Shown: one piece after another, positions 17,875 to 27,720 of the stretch
How the letters are laid out: each line of letters begins with the position of its first letter
How positions within the stretch are numbered: position 1 is the first letter of the stretch
IMG/VR virus record: IMGVR_UViG_3300029787_004704
Location: 1-64,000 of that record
Source: a virus
Strand: one strand, 5' to 3'
DNA length: 64,000 bases
Program-made: the position numbers and the translations under genes
The notes under the pieces: generated by a model
What the model saw: only the letters and a program-made list of their open reading frames with translations
Databases searched by the model: none
Told to the model about the DNA's origin: nothing

Positions 17875-18814
17875 GTAATTTTATCTTTGTTTTGTTTGTG
17901 TGTTTGTGTGCTAGTATGGCTTGCATAGTCAAGACTTTGCCGTATCGCAACACTGCATTATTAATATCTTTTACATCATTGTGCCATGGCGGCATGCTCA
18001 CAGACCAATTGTATTCAATTGCTTGATCGATCAGTTTGGTACCTGCCTTGTCTCTGTCTGGTACAACAATTACTTCTCTGTTCAAAGAATCAATTTGCAG
18101 TTTTTGTTTGTGTGCAATCTCTGAACCAAGTATAGCAACACTGTCTAGCACAATGGCATCAAATATGCCTTCAACTACAATTACAAACCTGCGTGACCAA
18201 TGTTGATTGTCCATGTTGAATACTGTTCCTGGTTGCACGTTTGCAAAATATTTTGGTCTTGTGTTTGCACCCATAGCTCTCGCAACAAACCCAATTGGTT
18301 TGTGTTGCCATGTAACAGGAACAATCACTCTGTCACGTTGTGATGGAGCAGTAAAAAATAAACTGTCTGTGACGCTGATGCCACGTGATTGTAGATAGTT
18401 CACACAGTCTGGTTGTTGTTGTATCACCACAGCATCATCCGGCACTTTTACAGTATCAAACTTTATCTCATTATCTAATGTTCGTTGTGCAATTTCTCCT
18501 TCACTTGCATATCCCATGGCCTGCATACTAAGTTTTCCTATTTCACTCATTGGTATATTGATCCATTGCATCAACTGTCTAAAACGTCTGTTCAAATATC
18601 TACCTGGCGTATAGTTGGCTTTCCATCCACAGTTGAAACAGTGATACTGAATACCACCGTCTGGCAAAAACCATATGCCACCACGCATTCTGGTATCAGC
18701 TGATTCATTATTGTGAACACAACATGGAGCATCAAATGATATCCAGCCACTTGGTGTCTTCTTTCGCTTAGACGGAAGACGTGACTCTACTGCTTGTTTG
18801 AGTTCAGGAAACAT
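17852..18814 (-). CDS. 61: DNA primase (T4 gp61-like)
   Basis: Zn finger (PCC...YHCFNCG), TOPRIM VEGIFDA and PDRD, KDIN. Confidence 0.85.
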   Translation of the reverse strand: MFPELKQAVESRLPSKRKKTPSGWISFDAPCCVHNNESADTRMRGGIWFLPDGGIQYHCFNCGWKANYTPGRYLNRRFRQLMQWINIPMSEIGKLSMQAMGYASEGEIAQRTLDNEIKFDTVKVPDDAVVIQQQPDCVNYLQSRGISVTDSLFFTAPSQRDRVIVPVTWQHKPIGFVARAMGANTRPKYFANVQPGTVFNMDNQHWSRRFVIVVEGIFDAIVLDSVAILGSEIAHKQKLQIDSLNREVIVVPDRDKAGTKLIDQAIEYNWSVSMPPWHNDVKDINNAVLRYGKVLTMQAILAHKHTNKTKIKLHEKLWLS

Positions 18815-18828
18815 ATGTACAGTATAAA

Positions 18829-19098
18829 CTATTTTTTACGTTTGTCAAAGTTTGTTCTAGGATTGTGGAGTACTCCACGCACACTCTCATAGGCTCGCCA
18901 ACTGCTTAGAAAAATTAAACTCCATGCTCCGGTTACCATACCTAGATAAAAAAATAATGGTTGTGTAAAAATGGTAATCCAAAATCCTGTGTTACGTTCA
19001 TTGTTTGTTTTTCCGGATATTAAATGAAGAGCAGTCATTGATGCTATTACGCAAAGAGTGTTAATCCAAAACATTGGATCATTTACAAATTCACTCAT
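18829..19098 (-). CDS. small membrane protein
   Basis: several hydrophobic segments; in operon. Confidence 0.55.
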   Translation of the reverse strand: MSEFVNDPMFWINTLCVIASMTALHLISGKTNNERNTGFWITIFTQPLFFYLGMVTGAWSLIFLSSWRAYESVRGVLHNPRTNFDKRKK

Positions 19099-19312
19099 TA
19101 ATGATTGCTTGTGCTTGTTCTACTTTGTGTTTAACAATAACACCAGTGGTAAGTTGTGTAGCACCCTCTAGATTTGCTATATCAACAATCTCTTTAAGTA
19201 CAGGAATTAATCTTTTAAGTTTGTATTCTAATTTTGCAATCTGTAGATTAGCATCCATCATGTTTGCTTCTGCCGTATACAAAGCCGAGTTGTCTGAATT
19301 GTTTTGTGACAT
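19091..19312 (-). CDS. hypothetical protein
   Basis: TACAAT 5 nt before ATG; overlaps the next gene. Confidence 0.55.
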   Translation of the reverse strand: MSQNNSDNSALYTAEANMMDANLQIAKLEYKLKRLIPVLKEIVDIANLEGATQLTTGVIVKHKVEQAQAIINE

Positions 19313-19340
19313 ACTTTATTGTACAACAATTATTTGAAGT

Positions 19341-19745
19341 TTACAACCAGTACTTGACAAATAACCAACAGTATAAAAAATAACAACTGTAATGAAAACA
19401 TTGATCGATAGCAGTCAATTTCCAAAATGCTCTGTCACTGATTGTGAGATTATACTTTTTTGTAATAATGTTTTTCCGCCAGTCGATTATCAAATGTAAA
19501 ACATAATCCAACACTGCAAAAAACGGAATAGCTAACCACGGAGTTAACATACTCATATCATGTGAAATATTCATTACAATTAAAATTACTATTGATGTTC
19601 CAACAGCATGATCTAATGCATGTAAATTTTTCTTTTTAGAAAATAATTTATTTTCGTTGCCTCCGCCTTTCAATCTGCCTTGCAACATAAAATCACACAG
19701 AGCATGTTTTACCATAAGCAAATAAAAAAGGAAAGCAAACAGCAT
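19341..19745 (-). CDS. DUF3307-like membrane protein
   Basis: KHALCDFMLQ, H..DH, HLIID..K, DQCFH. Confidence 0.75.
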   Translation of the reverse strand: MLFAFLFYLLMVKHALCDFMLQGRLKGGGNENKLFSKKKNLHALDHAVGTSIVILIVMNISHDMSMLTPWLAIPFFAVLDYVLHLIIDWRKNIITKKYNLTISDRAFWKLTAIDQCFHYSCYFLYCWLFVKYWL

Positions 19746-20548
19746 TATGATCTATATAAAATTTTGTCTATACCTGCTAACACTGTAGACGAATCTGTCA
19801 TCTGGACTACAAAAGCCACACGTTCAAATACTCCTGTAAAGTTGACATATTTTATTCCTGATTGTTCAGTATAGTCCTGTCGATCAACTTCAAAGAATTC
19901 TGATTTCTTATCATCAGTTCCATATGAAGCGCCTGCGGTCATAGTGGCCATTATTTTGATGGAACCTGTAAAGTTAGTCAAATAGTATGCCGCTGTGTGC
20001 AAGCCGTCATTTGAATTTTGGTTTGGATTTGCATTTACTGATGTGGAAGAAAATTCATCATCAATTGTAGTAAATGTATTAATTTCTTGTGATGCTGTAA
20101 ATTCTGGTGATACTCCTTTTACAACTTCAAAGTTTATGCCCGCATCAAATCTTGTGTCAGCATACAGTATTTGCACAGTTGAGTCATTGCCGGTAAATCT
20201 TAATGCACCTGTATAGAATATGCCATCGAGATCTAACATGTTTGACTCTGTGATTGTAAACTTAATATGTCCTTTAGTTGCTGTACTAGAACCATCATCT
20301 TGCACAACACCAACCACAGTAATCACAAGTTTGTTATCTTCATCTGATATTTGTAGTTCACACGTAGCATCATTCACAAACTGTTTCTTCTGATCTTGAT
20401 TTTTGACCACGATAGTAAATGAATTGTCAAATTCGCTGTATAATTTTATAGGTCTTTCGTACACTTTTTCATGTCTCCGTTCGAGGCCGTCTGTGTGCAT
20501 TTGCACATCAATTTGATTGTCGAGAATGTATCCAGTAACATATTGCAT
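19745..20548 (-). CDS. putative virion structural protein (beta-sandwich)
   Basis: TATAAATA late promoter at 20560-20567; beta-rich; DST/DSST motifs. Confidence 0.55.
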   Translation of the reverse strand: MQYVTGYILDNQIDVQMHTDGLERRHEKVYERPIKLYSEFDNSFTIVVKNQDQKKQFVNDATCELQISDEDNKLVITVVGVVQDDGSSTATKGHIKFTITESNMLDLDGIFYTGALRFTGNDSTVQILYADTRFDAGINFEVVKGVSPEFTASQEINTFTTIDDEFSSTSVNANPNQNSNDGLHTAAYYLTNFTGSIKIMATMTAGASYGTDDKKSEFFEVDRQDYTEQSGIKYVNFTGVFERVAFVVQMTDSSTVLAGIDKILYRS

Positions 20549-20613
20549 AGCATTTGTAGTATTTATAGGCCAGACTGTTTGCTCTGTGTGAACTTGTCTG
20601 GTAATTACCTACA

Positions 20614-20988
20614 ATGAAGTTGAATGTAGAAGAAATTAAAGAGAATTACCCATTTCTATCCTTAGTACAGGTTGGAAAAATAGAACAAGTTGGGATCATA
20701 CAAAACGCTGATCCTAAAGTGTTAAGCATATATTGTGTAGACTCAGTGCCAAAAGCCTTAATAGAGGACTTCTTACAGTTCGGCCAAACATGGTGGTGGG
20801 AGAGCAATAGGAAATTGCCTATCAATATTTTTATTGGTAAGGATTTTATTAAATTCAAAAATGCTTTGAAAACCTTTTCAGCCAAAGATTGTTCTGTATC
20901 TTTCGGCCCTGTAACACGTCTCACTGATTTGACCAAAGACAAAAGAATCAGACGAAAAACTATTCAATTAGTACGCAGAGTCAAGTAA
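20614..20988 (+). CDS. phage hypothetical protein
   Basis: YPFLS...GIIQN...WWWESNR..PINIF; TAATTA 6 nt before ATG. Confidence 0.7.
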   Translation: MKLNVEEIKENYPFLSLVQVGKIEQVGIIQNADPKVLSIYCVDSVPKALIEDFLQFGQTWWWESNRKLPINIFIGKDFIKFKNALKTFSAKDCSVSFGPVTRLTDLTKDKRIRRKTIQLVRRVK

Positions 20989-21531
20989 ATTCATATTGAC
21001 CACAACTGCTCCGGCATATCCAAATGCATGAGCCTTCTTGAAGAAATAACTGCCGTCTTTAGGTTTTATCCATACCTCTTCAAGTATTTCTGGCCATGTC
21101 TTCTGTATCAAATGATATTTGGCTGGACGTATCACTGCAAGAGTTGCCGCAAGTTGTTCTAGATTAGCAGGCATCAATTTTGCCACGGTGTTGCTGTGAC
21201 CATTGAGATGAAACAACTGATCCACAAAAGTCTTATCATCAAGCCTATGCCATGGTGGCTCACGATCAAATAGTTCTTGCAGATGGTCACGTGATTTAAT
21301 TTGTGAATATAAGTTTACGTTGAGAATATCAATTTTAAAATATCCTAATTGATCCATAACTTTATAATCAATTGAACATTGATCGGTACCTGGAATACGT
21401 GGTGCTTCTGTGAAATATACACCTGTGTTGTGAGGCTTAGTGCCTTTGTCATCGATGATGGTTGCTCGAGTGTGTTTCACATGTTGCAACAACTCATTTC
21501 TATCTGCTACATCAATATCTATGTCAGGCAT
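20968..21531 (-). CDS. ultra-short DNA polymerase III alpha-like protein (187 aa)
   Basis: MPDIDID, HNTGVY, GYFKIDILN, LAVIRP, FKKAHAFGYA. Confidence 0.8.
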   Translation of the reverse strand: MPDIDIDVADRNELLQHVKHTRATIIDDKGTKPHNTGVYFTEAPRIPGTDQCSIDYKVMDQLGYFKIDILNVNLYSQIKSRDHLQELFDREPPWHRLDDKTFVDQLFHLNGHSNTVAKLMPANLEQLAATLAVIRPAKYHLIQKTWPEILEEVWIKPKDGSYFFKKAHAFGYAGAVVVNMNLLDSAY

Positions 21532-21562
21532 AGTTGTATTATAAATTGATATTGTGGTAATG

Positions 21563-21862
21563 TCAATCGTCGCCGTATACTAACATGAACACTGTTGCGT
21601 CAGACCTTTGTTCGAATGTTACTACTGCAATTTGATTTTCGTAAAAGTCGTATTGTTCATTTACATCAGGTTTAGGAATAAAGTGCCAACCAAATTTTCC
21701 TGTGCAATTCTTTTTGAGCCATTCGACTCTATCACTGCCTACGCCCCAAGTGTTTAACTTTATTTCATATTTGTAATGATGTCTATAACCACATCCTTTA
21801 GGTACATATTCTTCATTGGATAATATCCCCAACCCATTATCAAGTGTTGTCGTTGAGTGCAT
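21563..21862 (-). CDS. hypothetical protein
   Basis: co-oriented, overlaps speD. Confidence 0.55.
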   Translation of the reverse strand: MHSTTTLDNGLGILSNEEYVPKGCGYRHHYKYEIKLNTWGVGSDRVEWLKKNCTGKFGWHFIPKPDVNEQYDFYENQIAVVTFEQRSDATVFMLVYGDD

Positions 21863-22226
21863 ACTCTCTATCTAAGAATTTGGTTTCTATATCTACAGGA
21901 TCAAATTGTTCTAATGCTTTCATTACAACTTTGGTATCTAAAGACGAGCAAGTGTATACGTCTAACTGTATAAGTGCAGGATCTAATTCGTCCCATACAT
22001 GCATAGCAATATGACTGGTTTCTATAATTCCTGCAATGGTCAATCCTGAGTTGCCGGGTGTGTCCACATAACCACAGATTGGATTGTGTTCTACATCTAG
22101 TTTTTTCATCCCTATATCTTTGACCAATTGATTCCACCATGCCACTGCATCGTCTGGCCACATCGGAGGATTATTGCATTCTGCTCTGACAATAATATGT
22201 TTGTGTTGTATTGCTTGATGTTCCAT
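21840..22226 (-). CDS. speD: S-adenosylmethionine decarboxylase proenzyme
   Basis: IIETSHIAMHVWDE, LDVYTC. Confidence 0.85.
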   Translation of the reverse strand: MEHQAIQHKHIIVRAECNNPPMWPDDAVAWWNQLVKDIGMKKLDVEHNPICGYVDTPGNSGLTIAGIIETSHIAMHVWDELDPALIQLDVYTCSSLDTKVVMKALEQFDPVDIETKFLDREYALNDNT

Positions 22227-22245
22227 TATGTGTGTATTTAATACA

Positions 22246-23268
22246 CTAGGAGATTTGATGCTTAGTTTTTATCTCTTCCAACCAACGTTTTATAAAAGCA
22301 TCCGCAGTTTTGTTAAGGTATTTGTCTTGCAATAATTTTTGATTGTGCAACGTATCTTCTATAGTTGCATCATAAAATTGTTGGGGATTATGACTATCTA
22401 ATATTTCTTGTAGTTCAATTATTGCTTTATTAACTCTTATTATATCATCTGGTTCTTTATCATAATCATGATTTATTACACTGTCATAAACTTTGAAACC
22501 TAAGTCTCGCAGTATTTGTACATAGCCATGACCAGCAACATAGATTGCAGGAATACCAACAGTCATTGGACGTATAGATTTTTCTGTGATGAAAATTAAA
22601 TTATTGATAAACGCCTCACTTACCAGTTCTATCATTACATCATTGTACAGTGGTGTATCTGTGATATGGCCCTTGTATGTTTCTTTATCTACTTCTCTAG
22701 TATCACCAAATAAATCTTGCTCTATCAAGCCAGGAGCATCAAATACACGTTGATGGTAAACCACATTACCTCGATTGAGCAACCACCGGTGATGCAGATT
22801 CAACAGAGTTTGATCTCTGTGATCTCTGTGATTGTTCATTAGACACACATATCGCGATTCGCTTGTATTTGGTTTTTTAGGAGCAATAATCTTGCCTGAA
22901 AACTCTGCAACAAAGTTGCCTGGTATTGCATAGGATTGGTCAACGCACTTGTGCACCTCTTCTTGTAATAAGCCGTCTGTGTACCAAAATAAATTTTTGT
23001 GTTCTAGTATCTTGGCTCCTAGGTCGTTTGCGTGTTTAAGACGTCTATAGATTAAACATGCGTCACAAAATGGTGCCACAAACAATCGATTGCTATGTAG
23101 TAGTTCAGACAGTCGATCATATTGCTGTTTTGCCTCTTCTACATTGTCACTGGCAATAGGATCAAACTGCCTAGGTGAAATTATAATGTCTTGGTTTTGG
23201 TAGCCAGAAAATAATGGGCCGCCTTCTGGTAATGCCTGTTCATCAATAATCATAGTATTGTATTTCAA
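22246..23268 (-). CDS. putative glycosyltransferase (GT10-like), paralogue 3
   Basis: ELVSEA...ITEKSIRPM..G.P...LRDLGFKVY...HDYD; start may be 23253. Confidence 0.55.
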   Translation of the reverse strand: MKYNTMIIDEQALPEGGPLFSGYQNQDIIISPRQFDPIASDNVEEAKQQYDRLSELLHSNRLFVAPFCDACLIYRRLKHANDLGAKILEHKNLFWYTDGLLQEEVHKCVDQSYAIPGNFVAEFSGKIIAPKKPNTSESRYVCLMNNHRDHRDQTLLNLHHRWLLNRGNVVYHQRVFDAPGLIEQDLFGDTREVDKETYKGHITDTPLYNDVMIELVSEAFINNLIFITEKSIRPMTVGIPAIYVAGHGYVQILRDLGFKVYDSVINHDYDKEPDDIIRVNKAIIELQEILDSHNPQQFYDATIEDTLHNQKLLQDKYLNKTADAFIKRWLEEIKTKHQIS

Positions 23269-23401
23269 TAGACTCGTCTAATATGAATATACTCTGCAGG
23301 TCATAAAACATATCATACAATTCATTTATCTGAATTTGTTGATTTATTAAAATACCAAACAAAAATAAGATAATGATCAATATGAACAAATATTTTTTCA
23401 T
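23243..23401 (-). CDS. small protein with N-terminal TM/signal segment (52 aa, not in ORF track)
   Basis: MKKYLFILIIILFLFGILINQQ...; ATGA-coupled to upstream ORF. Confidence 0.5.
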   Translation of the reverse strand: MKKYLFILIIILFLFGILINQQIQINELYDMFYDLQSIFILDESIEIQYYDY

Positions 23402-23550
23402 TTCTTTTTGTCCATACTTTCTAAGAATTGTTTAGTGGTATTGGGAGATAATTTATTTAGATCGTCGTTTGAAATTTTTTTTCTAAATATAGAATCATAG
23501 TTTTCTCTAAATTTTTTTGTAGGCAAATGGGTACCATCTTTAATTGCCAT
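23398..23550 (-). CDS. small phage protein
   Basis: MAIKDG...KFRENYDSIFRKK. Confidence 0.55.
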   Translation of the reverse strand: MAIKDGTHLPTKKFRENYDSIFRKKISNDDLNKLSPNTTKQFLESMDKKK

Positions 23551-23782
23551 TTTTTTGCTCCTGATATTTTGCGGCCGCATCTATTCGTTTGCGTTCCACA
23601 AATTTTTCTTTTATAAATTCTGCACCATGGAACTTGCCATCATATGCAACCCACATTTCATGCAGTTCGATATTTACTGACTCGTCGTTGAACCAATGTA
23701 CCAGTTCGATTGGATCGTCTGTCTTAAACAATTCGCGATATGTGTCAACATGATGTATGGTAAAATATTTTTTCTTTGCCAT
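23540..23782 (-). CDS. hypothetical protein
   Basis: abuts the MazG-like gene. Confidence 0.6.
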   Translation of the reverse strand: MAKKKYFTIHHVDTYRELFKTDDPIELVHWFNDESVNIELHEMWVAYDGKFHGAEFIKEKFVERKRIDAAAKYQEQKNGN

Positions 23783-24127
23783 TTAATTCTTTTTGCCTCC
23801 TAAACCTTTTGGTATTGGATCTCCTTTAAGTTCCTCTTTGACAAATATTCCATCTACCATTTTGCCTGTTCTGTGTTTTATAGAATCATATGCTTTTTGT
23901 AAACAAATATCTACAGTTAGATCATTCCTGTGCATGATGTTTAACATAACTACCATCATGTCTCCTAGATCATCAGCTATCAACATAGGATGGTTATTTT
24001 TGCAAACATTATCACTTAGTTCTCCTAATTCTTGTGCAAGTTTTAAGACTTGATCTTTGTCAGTGCTACCTTCGATTAAATTTCGATCTTTGTGCCACTG
24101 TATAATGTCGTTTATTAAGTTTTGCAT
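23783..24127 (-). CDS. MazG-like nucleotide pyrophosphohydrolase
   Basis: Q..KL.QELGEL...DDLGD, IKHRTGKMVDGIFVKE. Confidence 0.85.
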   Translation of the reverse strand: MQNLINDIIQWHKDRNLIEGSTDKDQVLKLAQELGELSDNVCKNNHPMLIADDLGDMMVVMLNIMHRNDLTVDICLQKAYDSIKHRTGKMVDGIFVKEELKGDPIPKGLGGKKN

Positions 24128-24528
24128 GATTTTGCGTACTCCTTTATTTTCAGCAACATACTGTATGCCCCGTTGCGACGGTTGACCGAAAGTATGTTGC
24201 CAAAGTTTAGTTCTTCGGTCAAATCTCTTTCATTTGCTGTAATCTCATCTGGTGTATGTCCGCCATATATGTAACTGAACAACGTGACAACTCCTTTTGT
24301 AATCTGTGCATCTGAATCTGAATGAAATTTTATTATTCCATTTTTGAATTCTGGCACTAACCAAACTTGACTGACACAGCCTGAAACTTTAAATTCTGGT
24401 AGTCTATATTCTTCATTGAAGGGATCAGCCTGTTCTCCTTTATCCATCAGGAATCTATATCGGTCTAATGGATCTTCGAATATATTCATTACTTCTTTGA
24501 TTTCATCTATCTTCTTATCTATTGTCAT
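24115..24528 (-). CDS. sufE: SufE-family sulfur acceptor protein
   Basis: VSGCVSQVW, DSDAQITKG, LS.NRRNG. Confidence 0.92.
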   Translation of the reverse strand: MTIDKKIDEIKEVMNIFEDPLDRYRFLMDKGEQADPFNEEYRLPEFKVSGCVSQVWLVPEFKNGIIKFHSDSDAQITKGVVTLFSYIYGGHTPDEITANERDLTEELNFGNILSVNRRNGAYSMLLKIKEYAKSCKT

Positions 24529-25199
24529 TCTATTCCTGCTTCTCTCAAAGTGTTTCTCACAAAATCTTTGTCCTCATCACGTTTTTTGAATGTTCTTTTC
24601 CACCATTCTGGGTCAATTATTTCATATATTATTTTTATCTGATCATCATGCATTATGGTTAACATGTCTTTGCCTGTCTCACAGTTCAACATCACCCATG
24701 GTGATATTTTACCATTTGCTATCATCTGTGTGACTCTATTCAAATTTACATATTTAAAAAAGTCTTCTAGTCTTGCATTTTCTTGTTGTGACCATTCATC
24801 CATTGTAAGTATGGTTCTGTTTAGTGCTTGAGGTACTGGCTCAGTACGTATCAATTGTTTAATGTATGTGTCCACAGTGCCTTGCTTCGCCCACGAGTCA
24901 ACTCTAATTTTGGATGTGCAAAGCCAATCAATAAATGCACCTATCTCGATTGGTGTGTTTGCTGTGATAAATTCTGCTGTCTTTATAAATGCCCTGTAAT
25001 ATTGGGATTGTGCAAAATCTGTAAATGTTTTTGGTTTCTGATTGTTGTAATTAATTTCATAGAATCTACGAAATATTTCAAATGCTAACACATGGACTTT
25101 GTTATCTTTCTGTACCCATCTGCGTTTTGGTTCACACATATGTACATCCATAGTGGACTGTCGTGAGAAATGTTTGTTACAATATTCGCAAGTTGGCAT
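24525..25199 (-). CDS. phage protein with N-terminal zinc-finger-like motif
   Basis: CEYC...F......HMC; GKISPW. Confidence 0.65.
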   Translation of the reverse strand: MPTCEYCNKHFSRQSTMDVHMCEPKRRWVQKDNKVHVLAFEIFRRFYEINYNNQKPKTFTDFAQSQYYRAFIKTAEFITANTPIEIGAFIDWLCTSKIRVDSWAKQGTVDTYIKQLIRTEPVPQALNRTILTMDEWSQQENARLEDFFKYVNLNRVTQMIANGKISPWVMLNCETGKDMLTIMHDDQIKIIYEIIDPEWWKRTFKKRDEDKDFVRNTLREAGIE

Positions 25200-25202
25200 A
25201 AC

Positions 25203-25400
25203 TTATTTTAACATCTTGTGTATGTTCTTGTAAAATGAATAGTCTCCTAATATAAACAAAATTTGATGTAAAAATAATGACGGTGATGTTCCTGTGAACA
25301 AAACCATAAATCCTATTAAAAAAAGTTGTTGTTGTAGAATGTACATGATGTATAAACCAACTGCTTTGCGAGGCACAGCATAGTTTAACCAATCAGTCAC
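25203..25400 (-). CDS. small membrane protein
   Basis: hydrophobic; overlaps the thyX end. Confidence 0.5.
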   Translation of the reverse strand: MTDWLNYAVPRKAVGLYIMYILQQQLFLIGFMVLFTGTSPSLFLHQILFILGDYSFYKNIHKMLK

Positions 25401-26082
25401 TTATTAAATCCTCTGCCATTGGAAATATTTTTGCAATCACTTCCGCACAAGCATGAGCAATATCCATATGTTCTTTTTGTGTACCGTGTCCGCCTCTTAG
25501 TTCTATGTAATGGATCCAACTTCTCAATGTGCCATTCATGTATAATCTTGTTTTGGTCAGTCCTTCGGGCAATATAACTCTTGCTTGTTCTTTTGCAATA
25601 CCTTTTTCAATTGCATTGTCATATGTGGATTTTGCTATTTCTATGATATGTTTCTGTTGAGCATCCCACCACAGTTGCAAGTCCATATCGGCAGTTGCAA
25701 TACTGTTCTGTCTATTAGTTGGATCTTGCATTCTTGCTTCTCTAATTTCAAACGTGTCGTCCATGTCTTGTGGATTTGCATACCTCTGTGAAAACTCTTG
25801 AAAAGAAAATGATCTGTGCCTTACAATCTGATGTGCAATATCTCTTGTGGTGTTGATCTCCAAACAAGCAGAAACCATTTCAAGTGGTGACCAATGTTGG
25901 TGTTTGATCAAATATCTAATTAATTTTTCTGATGTATCACTGTTCATTTGGTTCGAAGGATTGCTTACTCTTGCACAGTAGGCAATCAAGTCCTGGCAGT
26001 CCATAGGCATTTTGCTCACAGCATTCATACCTAATAATGTTTGATCTCCAACTTGTGAATATGAAATAAGTTTTGCTATCAA
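25393..26082 (-). CDS. thyX: FAD-dependent thymidylate synthase
   Basis: HWSPLE, QIVRHRSFSFQEFSQRY, EQAR..LP. Confidence 0.95.
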   Translation of the reverse strand: MIAKLISYSQVGDQTLLGMNAVSKMPMDCQDLIAYCARVSNPSNQMNSDTSEKLIRYLIKHQHWSPLEMVSACLEINTTRDIAHQIVRHRSFSFQEFSQRYANPQDMDDTFEIREARMQDPTNRQNSIATADMDLQLWWDAQQKHIIEIAKSTYDNAIEKGIAKEQARVILPEGLTKTRLYMNGTLRSWIHYIELRGGHGTQKEHMDIAHACAEVIAKIFPMAEDLISD

Positions 26083-26345
26083 TGTTTGCTCCCAGAATGC
26101 ATTTCTTGAACCTGATCAGTTAACTCATACATAGTATCACAAAAGGCTTTATACTCATCATCTGAAAGTGATGTCTTGTATAATCTTAATGCGGAATTCA
26201 GCATGTTGGCCGCTATGATCATTGAATCGTATTTCTTAATCCAATCTAATGTTTGTGACCAAACTATTTCGTTCGCTTCTACTATAAGTTGTTTATCGTC
26301 CGCCTCAAGATCAAATTCAAATTGATCACTCATGCTCACCGCCAT
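26079..26345 (-). CDS. hypothetical protein
   Basis: coupled to thyX. Confidence 0.55.
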   Translation of the reverse strand: MAVSMSDQFEFDLEADDKQLIVEANEIVWSQTLDWIKKYDSMIIAANMLNSALRLYKTSLSDDEYKAFCDTMYELTDQVQEMHSGSKH

Positions 26346-26616
26346 GACCTCGTGTTAGAATACCGTCTATTCTTTGTTTGCGTACTTGTTTGAAATAAAA
26401 TGCTGTCAATACAGTCATTGTTATAAACAATGCGTGTGCTATCGCAGAGATGCCAAATGCGTATATACTTTCAATAATGTATATGCCAAAGACAGCAGAC
26501 CACATCCATGCCAGTATCTGCATAGACATAAATTTTACTTGGAACGGAAGATCTTTCAGTGCATTAACCTTGTCGTCCATAATAGCATCATAAGATTCTT
26601 TAATATCTTTTTTCAT
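26326..26616 (-). CDS. membrane protein
   Basis: NAL..LP.Q....MQILAWMWS..F; ends GGEHE; AAGGAGA RBS. Confidence 0.7.
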   Translation of the reverse strand: MKKDIKESYDAIMDDKVNALKDLPFQVKFMSMQILAWMWSAVFGIYIIESIYAFGISAIAHALFITMTVLTAFYFKQVRKQRIDGILTRGHGGEHE

Positions 26617-26663
26617 GTAAATCTCCTTGTTAAAATTATATTATACAACAAATACCACAGTTG

Positions 26664-27002
26664 TCAATCAGGTGTATAGTCACTGCCATCGAATAAATCT
26701 GTCTTATCTGCTATTTTACTTGCTTCTTCATAACCTGGCATAGGGTCTTTTTGATCTACTATTTGGTTGTTGTACCATTTATCTGCATATTCCTTGTTAA
26801 TGTTTGTCCAGTGAATGATGCTGTCTGAGTCTGGTTTAATTGCGTCCTCAGGACATTCAGGCTCACAAACACCACAGTCTATGCATTCGTCTGGGTGGAT
26901 GACTAGCATGTTTGGCCCTTCGTAGAAACAATCCACAGGACACACAGACACACAGGTTGTGTGTTTGCACATGATACATTTGTCATCCACCACATAAGTC
27001 AT
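26664..27002 (-). CDS. fdxA: 7Fe ferredoxin (FdxA type)
   Basis: [21 protein letters not shown]...[12 protein letters not shown]. Confidence 0.93.
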   Translation of the reverse strand: MTYVVDDKCIMCKHTTCVSVCPVDCFYEGPNMLVIHPDECIDCGVCEPECPEDAIKPDSDSIIHWTNINKEYADKWYNNQIVDQKDPMPGYEEASKIADKTDLFDGSDYTPD

Positions 27003-27009
27003 ATTGTAT

Positions 27010-27192
27010 TTAGATTTTCTTACGCAAGTGATCTACATCTGTAGACACACTTCTTAGGTCATCTTGCATTTGCGTAAAACGTATTCTTATCATTTTTATA
27101 TTTTCTCTTATTCTACCTAGAAGATACACAAGATACAATAGCATGAAAAACGATATTGTAAGTGCAATCAACTCTATTATTTCTGATCCCAT
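27010..27192 (-). CDS. small TM + coiled-coil protein
   Basis: GGAGG RBS; one TM helix. Confidence 0.6.
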   Translation of the reverse strand: MGSEIIELIALTISFFMLLYLVYLLGRIRENIKMIRIRFTQMQDDLRSVSTDVDHLRKKI

Positions 27193-27246
27193 ACAAACCT
27201 CCTATGGATTATGGTTACTATTATTATACACTGGTAATCTGTGTTG

Positions 27247-27693
27247 TCAAGTAATGCCGTGATCTTTTTTGAGTGCTGTAAACTCTTTGGTGCTCATGGT
27301 TGCGTCTAATAAATCTAGATCTACCTGTTTAGCAGTTGGATATAACTCTTGTAATTCTTTCATTTTTGATTTTGTCGATCCTGCTTTCTTTTTAGGATAT
27401 ATCCATTTGTGAAACAATACGAAAGTTGATCCACACATAGCACTCAGTTTCCATAACAGTCCTTTATGGTTTTTAGAAAGAGTCCACAGATGTTTATTGA
27501 TATTTGAATTGGCTTCCTCGATATAAAACTCTTGCACAGCACGGTCTTTGTGTTCAACTGACGCAGTCCATTTCAAAGTCATATACGGTGAATATAATTT
27601 TTTGTCTTCTTCTGACAAATTTTGAAACCAGTTTTTATCTCTGGTATCAACTGCTCTCATCATTTGTTTTATATCTAAAAACTTACCAGCCAT
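27247..27693 (-). CDS. putative clamp-loader small subunit (T4 gp62-like)
   Basis: YSPYM..KW.....N...N...HKWI..KK pattern and size resemble gp62. Confidence 0.5.
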   Translation of the reverse strand: MAGKFLDIKQMMRAVDTRDKNWFQNLSEEDKKLYSPYMTLKWTASVEHKDRAVQEFYIEEANSNINKHLWTLSKNHKGLLWKLSAMCGSTFVLFHKWIYPKKKAGSTKSKMKELQELYPTAKQVDLDLLDATMSTKEFTALKKDHGIT

Positions 27694-27720
27694 ACACTAT
27701 TATAACATAATTACTTGCCT

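Noticed and set aside
13900-21531. The two dnaE-like genes as halves of one intein- or intron-split polymerase
   Set aside because: Both carry the same palm and finger motifs, so they are redundant rather than complementary; no intein termini seen.
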